This document shows, piece after piece, positions 39,201 through 52,281 of a stretch of DNA of 64,000 bases (the stretch's first letter is position 1; every line of letters starts with the position of its first letter). The stretch is from a virus. Taxonomy: Duplodnaviria; Caudoviricetes. Made by a program: the position numbers and the translations under genes. The notes under the pieces are model-generated. The model made no database searches. It worked only from the letters and a program-made list of their open reading frames with translations, and was not told where the DNA came from. The stretch covers positions 1-64,000 of IMG/VR virus record IMGVR_UViG_3300028805_000070; one strand, given 5' to 3'.

Positions 39201-42200
39201 TTTAGAGTAGGCGTAGTTAAAAGTTAAAAGTATTGAAGATAAAAATAGTGCAGAGTATAAAGCTGCAAGTTCTGAACGTAATGCTTTGGCTAAAGAATTA
39301 GGAACTTCTTGGAATGTTAATGCTTAGGGAAAAATAAGTGAATTAGAAGCATAGAGAGACTAGTTGATTACTTCAGTGCAAGAAAAGTTAAATGCTGTTT
39401 ATTTTGCAGTCAATTTTTAGTTAGCTAATGCGGAACAATTATAGGGGCAATTATCTGCATTAGGACTTAAGGTTGAAGTTGAACCTGTCATAAAAAGTGC
39501 CGCGGCATCATAGGCAATAGATGAGATTAGAGAAAAAGCCGCGAGTGCTAAAGAGGCTGCTGCAGAAATAATGCCTTCAAAGGCAACATCATATACTCCT
39601 CATGAAGATAGTTTGCCTAAAGCTGATTCTTCACCGACGTTATTTACTATTGGTACACAACAGAATTAGGTTAATCTAATTAATCAACAGATTGATGCTT
39701 TATATAAATTACGAGAAGCAAAATTAGCAGTAGAAAATGCCGGTAATAATTCTAATGAAAAAAGTGCGGCTATAGAAAATTATAAATAGCAAATAGAAGA
39801 GATTAAGTCTATTATTAATGTAGATATGTTTTCTAACGGATTTAATTGGAAAACTAATATTAATGAAATTGATGCTGTTATTGCATAGTATTAGGAACGT
39901 TTATCTAACTTTGTAGTTAAGCCTACTGTTGAAATAGAACCTGGCGCGGAATAGTTAGGCTTTGATTTAACTTTATTAGGTGTCCCACAAGTTCAAGTAG
40001 AAGATTCTGCTAAGCAAGAAGCGGTAGAGCAAGTTAAAACTGAAATGCAAGAAGCTGTACAAGGCGAATAGCTAGAAATGCAGTTTGATGCAGAGTATGA
40101 AGATGTATATGAGTAGATGCAACTTGCACAAAAGCTTCAAGATTTTGAAGAAAGCCGTATTACTACTGCTTAGGAATATAAACGAGAATAGCAAAGAATT
40201 AAAGAAGAGTTGCTAGAACAACGAGATATTTAGGATAGGATAGCTCGTAGTAAATAGGTTAATGCAGCATCTAGCGCTGCGGCATAGAATCTTGATTTTG
40301 GAAAACTTGATAATGAAATAATTGAATCTGAAGAGCGTTAGCAAAATGCTATTAGAACAACTATTGATACTATAAAAGAAAAAATACAAGCAATGCAGAA
40401 TCAGGAATTAAGTCGCTCTTTATCTGGAATTGGTTCTGCAATTTCTACAATTTCCAGTGTTTTAGATAAATCTTCTGCGGGCGGCCGCACATTTGCTGGC
40501 GTAATGACTGCTGTAGGTGGAACAATTAAAGTAGTAAGCGGATTATTAAGCAAGAATCCTTGGATGGCAGTTGCTACAGGAATTATTACGATTATTAACG
40601 GTATTTCTTTAGCAATAGAAGATGATGCAGAGAGACTAGAAAGATTAACTAAGGAAGCTGAAGAAGCCAGTAATGAAGCTAAAAAGACTAAGGCAAATTT
40701 AAATATCTTAGAAGCGGGAAAAACAAAATTAGAAGAATTAGAAAAGAAACGTTATGATAGTGCTGAAGCCGCGGAAGAATATTAGAGTAAAGTAGAAGAA
40801 TTAGCTAGTGCTTTTCCACAATTAATTAGCGGTTTTGATGAAGCGGGTAATGCTATTATTGAAACTAGTAATATGGAAGATGTTCTTACTGCTGCACGTG
40901 AGTAGAGCGCGGCGGCAACCTTAGCCGCAGCGGAAGCTGAAAAGAAGAAATCAGCGGAAGAACGTAAACAAAATTAGGAAATATTAGCTGGAAATGTTTC
41001 TGATGCTATTAATAGTCTAGATACTTTATAGGATGTTATAGATTCATAGAAGGCTGGAGAAGCTCCAGGTATACCAGCAGACTATACTTATAACCCATCA
41101 TAGAATAAAGATTTGACCAGTGCTTTAGGCGCTATATTTAATAATGATATTGTAGCAGCTAATATGGGTAGTCTTAATAGTATTAGTTTTGAGGGTATAT
41201 TTACAGATTTATTATCTACAGGAATGCTAGCCGATAGTTATAAAAAGAACATTGGCTTCATGAATATTTTAACATAGGCTGGTTTTAATTTAGATCTTTT
41301 ATCTCAAGCGGCAAACACTCTTACTTGGGAAGATTTTGAGACAGAAGAAGAAAATCTTGCATAGAATGCTGAAAACCTTTAGCAATTTATTTTAGCTTAT
41401 TACCAATTATTAAAAGATGCATCTAAATTAGGTTCCGCAGATAGAGAAATGCTAAATTTCCTTAATGAAAATTTAGATATAGAAACTGGTTTAGCAGATT
41501 TTAAAGACGATTTTAATGCTAAACCGACTGTCGAAGCGCTATCTAAACTATAGGAAGCTATTAAAGAAAATAATATAGAAGACATTTCTAAATATTAGTT
41601 AGAGGCATAGCAAGAATTTTAGAAATTAAAAAATAATACTGATTACACTAGTGTATATAAAGACTCTTTTGAACAATTATCAGAGTTGATGGAATCTATT
41701 ACATCTAATGCTAATAATTATCTTCAAGCGGCTATTCAAGATAATGCTAATGCCATTGCAGTAGTTAATGGTATTATTCGAAATCGTAATCCTAATAGTG
41801 ATTTTATTAATGATAAGAGTGGTATTATTAGTTTAATTTCTGGTACCTTTGGTAGACGATGGTAGTAGCAATATGTAGAAGCTGAAGGTAATTATAGTCA
41901 AGAAGATTTTGAAGATAAAAATAATGTAGATTTAAATGCCGCGGTAGAAGCTTCCGAACAATTTTGGCAGGATTTAGTCAATAGCGGTTCTGAAAGAAAA
42001 GATAAATTTGTTAAAATGCTTTCTGATATTAGTAAGTATCGAGAGTCTGATTTTACACAATTTTCGGATATTACAGATGAAGAATCATGGAACTAGGTAT
42101 ATGACTTAATAAAAGAAAATACTGCTGAAAGAATAAAAGGAATTTAGAATAGTTTAACAAATTTTTATTTTAAAAATGTCGTTCCTGCATTTAATAGCCG

Positions 42201-45200
42201 TAGTTCTAATGCTAATCTAACCTGGCGTACAGCAGCAGCGACAGCTGAAACTGCAACCGAAAGTCAATATTTAAAAGATATTTATCTTTAGTATGCGCAA
42301 TTAAATTAGGCAGGTTTAACAGGACGAGCTTCTGACTATATGACTGCTTCGTTAGAAATTTATAATTAGATACTTCCTCTTGATGGTGATTTACGAACTG
42401 CTATTTGGTCTAATATAGAAAAGAATGGTTTAAAAACTAAAGAACAAATTCAAAAAGTGATTCAAGCTGTGTAGAATAATGACACAGGTGATGATGACTT
42501 TTTAGTAGGATTATTAGAAAATTTATCTAAAACTATTTCTGATAATATTATTCTTGCCGTATAGGCTTCAAGTAGTGCTTTTGTTGAAGGTTGGTCTGAT
42601 GATAGTAAAACTATTAAGAAATTAAGTTCAGGACTAGATCTTAGTGAAGTTGAAGGACTTATTAATAGTGAAGCTGGTCAAAACGCAGGACTAACAATGA
42701 GCAGCTTTGTTTCAGATGGTGAAAAACTGATACTAAAAGCTAATGAAATGGATAGGTATTTAACGGAATATTTTGCAACGCAATAGGAAACCTATAATGC
42801 TCGTTATATTGAGTTAGAAAATGCGGCAAAATAGCTAGGGATTACTTCTACTAGTGCACACATCACGCAAACAAAAGAATCAGATTTTAAGGAAGAAGAT
42901 TTATTAGCAATTGATGCAATTTTAGGGAGTCAAGATTCAATTAGTAATTATGTAGATGAAAAAACTGGAGAAATTGATACTAAAGGATTAGCTACGGCTT
43001 TATTAAAAGCGTACTAGAGCGGCGAAACTGCATTAGCGAATTATTAGGATTATATTAATTGGGCACAAGCACAAGTTGAAACTTCGAGATAGTGGGCTGA
43101 AGGAAATTATTCTTCTTTAGATGAATTAGCGCATGGTAAAGGAAATGGTAATAAAGCTGTATTAAATTTTGCAAAAGCATCAGCTAGAAATTAGCTATTG
43201 TTAAGTTCAAAAGACAATCCTGATTTACTCAGTGCAGTTGGGCAAGTGCAATCTACTGCTTCATCTTTAATCTCCGATGCATTGTCTAAAGGTTTAAATA
43301 ATCTAAGTGCTTTAGATTATAAAGCCTTACCAATTGAATTAGATTTTTCAGGCTCATATGTAGAATTCCTTAATCGCTATGCTACTTATACCGGGAAAAC
43401 CGTTGATGAAATTAATGCCTTGTATGCTCAAGCCTTAGAAAAGGATTAGGAACAAGTTGCCAGCTCTTTAATCAAGGATTTTACCTTTACTTCTGCTGAT
43501 ACTTTCATGGCATCTACTTCTGCCTTACAGGGACTAGCAGATGCATATGATGTTGCGTTAGAAACTCTTATCTCTAAGTTAGGATTTAATGAAGCGACAG
43601 AGCAGTATTTCGGCAACATTTCTGACCTTGGAATTGATTTAACTAAAATTAATAACTATCAATAGATAGTATAGGATAGCATTGTAGACTATATTAATTC
43701 TATTAATATTACTGATTTCCTTAATGCGACTTCAAGCGCAGAACGGGTAGCGACTGGAACTAAGTTAGCTAGTGAAATCTAGAACTATCTTGATATGACC
43801 GGTCAAACGGTTGTAGAATTATTTACTGGTCAATCTGAAGCAATAATACAGTAGTAGATCGCTTCTACTAAAGCTTTTATGAAAGCTGTACCTTCTAAGT
43901 CGATGAGTGAATCTCAAAAGCGTGGCGCAGATTTAGCCGCCTTAGAAGAGCAATTACGTCAATTGTAGTCTTATACAATGGACGATGTATTAGCTATTCT
44001 TGAAGCCGGTGGTGAAGAAGCCGTTGCCTTACTTAAAAGGTTAAAGGGCGACAATGTCACAACTTCCGAACTCGAAGCTGCCTTTAATAACAGTCAAATT
44101 GTAAAACTTCGTACTGCAATGTCTGACCTAGAAAAGGGCGTGGGTGAAACCGTAACTGGACTTGCGATGAATATTATGCAAGTAACTGATGGTTTTGAAC
44201 TTGCCGAACTAGACGATGGTAGCGCAGTTATTACCGCAGTTGGCGATATGGTTTAGGCTTATGCTAATCTCTATGCGGCGATGGAGAAGAATACTGATCA
44301 TACTACTGGTGATTTAAATAGCGCATATGCAAAATTAATTACTCAATATGCTCAATCTTCAAATGATTTAAAAGACTTATTATCCAATGCTGCGACAGGA
44401 ATTTCTGCTGATACTTTTGGAACTATAATGGAACATTATGGTTTAGTTATGAAAGAAGTATTAGAAAGTGCGGAAGGCATCGTTATTGATTAGTTTGGTA
44501 ATATTATTATTTAGGATTTTAAAGCTTTTGAAAACTGGATGAATGATAATGCCAATGTTGAATGGAATAGTAATGATCCAGCATTTAAATCACTTTATAA
44601 TTCTTATATAGATTCAAAAGTAGAAATATTAAATCGTCCTATTACAGATGCTTAGACTGCGGCGGAATAGCTGAATAATATTTTAAACGCTAAAAAGGGT
44701 GAAGCTGTTAATATTTCTTATCTTGATGAATTTGATAAAGCTGATGAAAAAACAAAAGAAGTATTTGAAGCTATATTGTAGAAATATGGAGCTGCTTATG
44801 AAGATGGCATTTTAATTATAAGCAATGAGACACAAATTCCTAATTTAGTGGGAGAAATTGGCCATTTAGCGCAAGAAGCGGGAATTATTATACCAGAATA
44901 GTTAGCAGAGTTAGAAGATGCTATTGTGGATTTATTAGATAATATTGTATCTTTATTATCTAATGGAGTAAACGGAAGTTTAAGTCATAAGGACGCTCTT
45001 ACAATATCTAATTGGTATAAGGATACTCTTGCTTAGCGGAAAGATTATACTGATTTTATTAAGGAATTAGATTTTTCTGATACTGCTGAAGGATTGCAAT
45101 TAACTGAAACTTCCTTAGCAAATATTTATGAATTATTAAAGGGTATTAATGCAGAGAAAGCTGATGCATTTTTAGAAAATATTATTAGTAGCAAAGAAAG

Positions 45201-48200
45201 TTATTAGACTTTAACTGGAGCATTACGTGAATTTAATGATTCGACTAATATTACAAATACCGCGGCTAGATTTAGTAGATCTGGTTATAATGGTACCGTT
45301 GACGTTAATTATAATAAGCGTCCACATATAATAAATGCAGATGGCTCTATTTCTACTGTTGAATCTTTATCTAGTGGTAATGGTGAGGTAGAAGTATTGG
45401 TTACGCCTATTCTTCCAGATGGTTCTAGATTAAGTGAAGATAGTGCAGCAAAATATGCTGATATGTTTGCCAATAAAGAAATTGATTTAACAACAAAGTT
45501 AGTAGGAGAAGATGGACAAGAACTAGAATATAGTTTTAAAGATATCTATATGGGCACATATGATACAGTCGAAGCTGCTAACGAAGTTGCAGAATCTTTA
45601 CATGAATGGCACGAAGCGATATCTAATGCAAATACTGAATTAAGTAAAACTTCTAGTATGATGCAAGATATAGTTTAGAAAGCTATGGTAAATCCGGATT
45701 CTATGAATTTTATGTCTAATAAATTGCCAGATGATATACAAACAGCTGTTAATGCGTGGGAAAATGCTTCTAAAGCAATTCGCACTTTAACTACAGCATA
45801 GAAAAAGGGCTATATGGGAGTCTAGGATTTCTATAATATTGTCACTACCGCATCTTCATTAATGGAAGCAGCAGGAAAAACGTTTGAAGTTGCTGAGATG
45901 AATGCGAGCGAATTAATGTTAAAAGGCGCTCAAAATATAAAGATAGTAGATGGTCAATTAACAGTGGATTTATCTTCCGCTGGTATGAACATTGTTGGTG
46001 ATGTTAATTCGCTTAAAGAAAATATGACAGATGGCGTTCAAGAGCTTGCTAAAGCAGAAATAGCAATTATTGATGCTGAAATTTAGGTATTAGAAATATT
46101 GGCAGCTATGGAGCAACTAGGGGACATGGATGTCGATGTTAATAGTAATGGTATTAATTTTGAGGTGGGCGACATATTTGACCCCGAAGGTCCTTATGGC
46201 TTTAGTTAGGATATGAAGGATTACACTACAGCACTTTTAGATATGTGTAAGACTAATAAGGAATTAGAATCTGCATTACAATAGGTAAAAATAAATAATA
46301 AAACTCTATATGAATTATTACAAGCTGATGCTAATACATGGATTGAAACTTTTGGTAGTAAAGAAAATGTATCTAAATTCTGGTAGAATTTTAGCGAAGG
46401 ATTAGAAGGCTGGGATTTAGAAGGTAATTTACAAGAGCAGGTTTTAAATTTCTTTAAAGGGTTAAATTCAGAATTAACTGTTGACTTAGGCGATAGTGGA
46501 GTTTTTCATATTGGTGTTAATGGCGCTGTTTGGTCTATAGATTTTACTAATGAGTAGCTAATGAAGGACGCTGAAGCTGCGGCTAAAAAATTTGATTTGC
46601 TTCATACAGGCGAAGATATTAAAGATAAAATAAAAGAAATTTTAGCAAAATAGCAAACTGAGGGCACATTAGACTTAGGAGAAACTTTTACATTACATGT
46701 CGCAAGTGGAACTATTACTTTAGTCACAGATGATGATGGAAATACAAGATATAAAGTTGGAAATAATACTTATTCGGATGCACAGTTAGCATCGGCTGTT
46801 GCGGATTTAACAAAGATAGGCGCGACAATAACTGATGATATTGATTTAAGTACAGACCCCCAATTTAGTTCGCTTGAAAATGGGACATTAAATGGAAAGT
46901 TAAAAATTGGTAGCTTTGAAGTAGAGGTTGAAAGCGCTGGTGAAGGAGTTACTTATACAAAAGATGGGTATACGGCAAATAGCTTAGATGACTTATATGC
47001 AAAATTATATTTAGAAAAATAGGATGCGACACAAGACAGCATTACTGATATTTTAGAATATAAAAAATGGCAAGTAAAACAAGGAATATTAGTTGAAACT
47101 ATTTTTGAAGTAAATGGCCAAGAGAGTGATCCTAATAAAAATGAAAATTTACGCAAAGCAATATAGGATTATTTAACTGGTAATAAGCCAATTACAAAAA
47201 AAGATATAGATATTGGAGAAAATGGCTCTACTGTTAAATTAGAAGAGGGTATAACCTTAACTATTCCTGAAAATAAAGTTCAACTGAACTTTGAGAAAGA
47301 TGGCTCTTTAACACAAAAATCTGCGGAACAATTACAATCTTACTTAAGAGAGATTACAGGAGTAGATTTAGGACTAAAAGATACAATTTCTCAAGCCATT
47401 ACTGAAGCATTTACCAATATCTCTTCTCAATTGACACTTCTTAATGCAACTGAACCTACCGGCATCACCGCCTGGTCTGGAGCTTTGTCTTCTATGGCTG
47501 ATGCAATTTCTAAAACAAGTGAAGCTGTAAAGAACTTAATTGCCGCATTAGAAAAATTAGGTTAGCTAAATGCGCCAACAGGTTCTACTCCGACTACCTT
47601 TACTGCTGATGGAGATTAGGCGCAAGAGGAAGCAGAAAAAACCAAACAGCAAATTAATGATATTCCAGATAAGACTGAAACTGAAATAACCGCAGATGGC
47701 TCTCAAGCACAGGCGGAAGCTGATGAGACAAAAGGAAAGTTGGATGCAATTCCAATAGATATTGATATTGATATCACCGCATCTGATAATGCTTCAGATG
47801 CCATTGATAAAATTGCCGAAGCAATTGAAAACCTTAAAGATAAAACTGTTAATGTTACTGTTAAAGAAACTATAGCAAAGGCCAAAGGAAATTCTAATAA
47901 TGATAATACTAGTGGTAGCGATAATAGCAAGCCTAATTTCGTTAAGGCTACTGGTAATGTTGGCTATGCTCGTGCATCCGGTACTTTAATGGGTGAACTT
48001 GGTCCAGAAATTTATGTTCAAAATGGGCGATATTATGTTGCAGGTCAAAATGGCCCAGAATTTGTAGATTTAGCTGAGGACGCTATTGTCTTCAATCATC
48101 TCCAAACCGAGCAACTTCTAAAGAAGGGCATGTCCTCTACTCGCGGGCGTGCAGTTACTAATGAGCGCACCGCAGTTGCATTCGCGCAAGGTAATGTTAA

Positions 48201-50553
48201 CGGCGGCCCCGCTATGGCAAGCGCTTCCGCAGCATTAGCCGCTTTAAAGAGATTACGTAGTATGTGGGAATCTCTTATGAATGCATCCGTGCAAGACCTT
48301 GCTGGTGCTGGCGGCGCTGGAGGTGGCGGTGGCGGTGGCGGAAAGGGTGCTAATGCTGCTTTTGTAAAACAATTAGAAAAATGGTATAACTGGTTATAGA
48401 AAATCGCTGAACTCGAAGAGAAAATTAATTATCAAGAATAGTTACGTTCTACTATCAGTTCTGGACAAAAGAAAAACGGTGCCGCCTATTATGCTAGCTT
48501 AAAAGAAAGCTTAAATAATTTATAGGAATAGGTTAAGACAGAGCAGAGTTTGGTACAGTCATAGCAGGAATACTTCGATAAGCGCCGCAAGGAAATGAAT
48601 AAGAATAGCAATCCTTTTACTTCACTTTATACATTTGATGAAAATGGACAATTGAAATATAAAGATGGGGCTTTAAAGAAATTATCTGATATTTCTGCAA
48701 AGGATGATACCGGAAAACCCAAGAAAACAGTTAAAGAACAGTATGACGCGATTTTAGCAATGAATTCCGATTTTGCGAAATACATGAAATATGATTCTTC
48801 CGGCAAGGAGATTGAATATGACGAGAATGGAAAGCCAAAAGATGAAGCAGCATATGCCTCGGCTGTTCAAGCATTCTGGGATAAAATTGATGCTGATAAG
48901 GAAGAAATGCAATCTCTTCATGATTCTATTAACGAGCATAAAGAAGCAGTCCTAGCCGCGCAAGAAAAATAGAATGAAATTCTACAAGAAATGCGCGATA
49001 ACTAGCTCGCAGTTGAGAAGGATGTGTATGATGCTATTGTGGATTCGCGCGAACGTGCTATTGAAGATTCAGAAGCGGAACGTGACGCAATTGAAAAATC
49101 CACTTCTAAATTTATTGACGGGCTATCTAATGCTCTCGATAAAGAACGTTCTATGTATGAAATGTAGTAGTCTTAGAATGATTTGGATTAGAAACGTCGC
49201 CGCTTAGCTATATTGTAGCGTACTGGCGGCTCTAATTCTGAGATTGCTAGCTTGTAGTCTGATATTGCTAGTTCTGAACAAAGCCTATATTTTGATAAAC
49301 AATAGGAACAAATTGATTTAATTCAAGAAGCCTCTGATAAATAGATTGAAAAGCTAGATTAGCAAATTGAATTAGATCAAGAATTATTAGATTATTAGAA
49401 AGCACATGGTTTACTTTGGGGCGAAGTAGCTGACATTATGAAACAGGATTCTGCTACTATTGCTGATTTTATTAAGACTAATAATTCAGAATGGTGGGCA
49501 AAATCACCAATAGAATCTGCGGATAGCTTACGTGATGTTATTTTTATGACAGATTAGTGGGTAAATTTTAGAGATGACTAGAATAAGTATTTTGAATAGA
49601 TTATTAACAGTATAAATTAGACCACTACTAGTGAAGCACCAAGTAATCCTAATGAGAGCTCAGATAGTACAACGCATACTGGTGGTACTGATAATGACAA
49701 TAAAGGCACTGTGACATATGAACAATTTAATGAGAAAAAGCACATAAAAGTTACAACCACCAAGGATAAAAATGGAAAAGAAAAAGAATCGAGGAAAAAA
49801 GAAGCTCATGAGTTTGATAAGAACGGCAAATGTACAAAATGTAAATATAAAAAAGTGACTGGTAGTGATAATAATGGTGGTGGTAAGCCACCAGCTGATA
49901 ACGGAGGCAAGCCGCCAGCTGATAATGGCGGTAAACTACCGGCTGACAATGGTAATAAACCACCAACGAGTGATAATAAGGTACCTGCTAATGATCCGAA
50001 TGATTCAGCTGTAGCACGTTATGAATACTAGCAAGAAGGTGCAAGTGGTCATAAGAAACGGGCTATTTATAAAAGTGGACGAGTTGGTACATACGGTAAA
50101 TTATAGCCACATAATTATAATGGTGGTAGAAAATGCACTGATTGCGGTTATAATCGCCACGGCAGTGTGGTATAGGAACCTGGGTCCGCTCCAGAATTAG
50201 CAACTAAAGACAAGACTATTAATAGTATAAATAAAGAACAAGATAATAGAACTCTTCATTCTCTTTCTGATATTAATCTTACTAAGAATGAATTGCAAAC
50301 ACTTCGCAATTCCACTCTTTCCAATGGTCTCAGTGCATTAAATAGTGCTATGCAAATGCACCTTGCGGCGATAGATAATTCTGCTTATACTACTATAGAC
50401 CGCGATAAATCCACACAAATCGGTTCTATTTCTCTCAATATGGATGTTAAACAAATAGCAAATGATTATGACGCAAAGCGCGCGGGAGAAAAAGCGATGG
50501 AAGAAATGCTCCGTATCGCTCGTAAGTCAACTACCGCGACAATAAGGAGGTAA
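36283..50553 (+). CDS. Tape measure protein (~4756 aa, TAG read through)
   Basis: Track fragments from 37870 to 50293 share one frame and end at TAG, except the last (TAA 50551-50553); TP901-type core (ELAVAMSKTAS...TRESATNIGSAMKSI.SR); HSPS motif; GELGPE motif. Not every line was checked for TAA/TGA. Confidence 0.85.
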
Positions 50554-50560
50554 AAGGATT

Positions 50561-52258
50561 ATGAGCAATACAGCAATATTAGTTGGATAGGAAGTTTCCA
50601 CTATTAAAATTCCATAGACTTAGGTCTATATGGCGACACACGATGGGGAAGGCAATCGCCTTCCCTATCGTTATCGCTCATTTATTAGTTTTAGTTTTGG
50701 TGGGAAATGGATAGAAGATTTTAATTTTATTGCATTTCTTGATGGTGATAGAATGCAACGCAATCTAGCACCCGAATTTGAAGACTTAACTTCTTCATAT
50801 GAAGTTTTAGATGGACAATTTTATCATAGTACGCATTTCCGTACTAATACTATACACTTTACTCTTATGAGTGACGAGATAGACGGACGCCTAATGGAGA
50901 GCTTTAAAAATTGGTTTTCTCCTGGTAAAAATGACAGACTTATTCTATCTGAATATCCGAATCGCGCGATTATGGCGCGAATAGCTTAGCCGCCAGAAAT
51001 GTCGATGTTACCATTTGAGAAAAAGGTAGAATTAAATATTGCTGGAACTAAGTATGAGACTAGTGTAACTAATTATAAAGGAACCGTTGATTTAGAATTT
51101 GTAATGGATGATCCTTTTTGGTATAGCATTATTAATATATTTGGGCAAGTTACAATTAAGGATGGGCATGAAGTTTATGCTAACCAATGGGATGGCTCAG
51201 AAGATTTTTTTAATGAACCCGATAAACTTAAAGATGTTTTAAAGATAGTTTATGAAGATGGTATTCCATTATATCATATGATTGCATCTCCGATGCTATT
51301 TGGTAATAATGTTTACGCCGCTTCAGGCGGGCGGCTTAATAGTAAGGTTGCTACTGTTATAACACAAAATGAATATGATAGCCATTCTACTGAAGAAGGG
51401 TATTTTTATAATTCTAAAGTGGTAGACGGTGAAACTGTTATAACTTATTATAAAGGCGCATCTATTAACTATGGTACTATTGATGGAGCTTATGTAACTA
51501 CTACTGCAAATAATTCTTTAACTATACCAATAAAGGGTTCAGTTAATTTATACTATAGCGGAACTGCTCCAGCACCAATTAAATTAAGTTTTAAGGTGCG
51601 GATTACTACGGATAATAATGGATATGTAAATAGTATAGCTAATATGAAAGCGTTGCAAAATGATATACCGTATAATACGATTACTTTTAAAAGCTTGCCT
51701 AAAAACGCATAGCAACTACGAGTAACGACCCCCAATTTTATTACTAGTTATAATCGCGCAATAGAGATATTCAGAAGCAGGCCAAAAAAGAAATCCTTTG
51801 AGGATTTACGAGGAGATATACGAGATGAAATTAGACATCCTATTATTCGTATGCTTGCTGCTGACTTAATTAATAAGAGTGCAAAGAGCAATGGTAGTGA
51901 AATTGATGTTACTAATGCTATATATGATACTCTAATTGACGGGTTAAAAGGTATTTGGCCATCTTCTGAAACAGCAGATTATTATGTACAGGTATGGCTA
52001 AATAGTAAAACAGGCGAAGCAATTGGGGAAATTAAATATCATGATATTTCTGATGATCAAGATAAAAAAGTGGAAGAAAATGTTGGAGATATGTTTGATT
52101 CTAATTACTTATTATTAAGAGATAGAAACTCATTTGATGAGCAAATGATGGTGCAAGCTTGGAGTGAATAGCATCCAGAGTATTCTTATGTTGTATCTCA
52201 TAATTTTATTGTTCCATTAGATGATTTTTCTGTTGAGTATTCTAATTTATATTATTAA
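50561..52258 (+). CDS. Distal tail protein (Dit)-like (565 aa, TAG read through)
   Basis: Follows the TMP; FSFGGK..EDF, LILSEYP.R...AR, F...DPFWY motifs. Confidence 0.7.
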
Positions 52259-52281
52259 TGAGTTAAAAGGAGGACAAAGTA

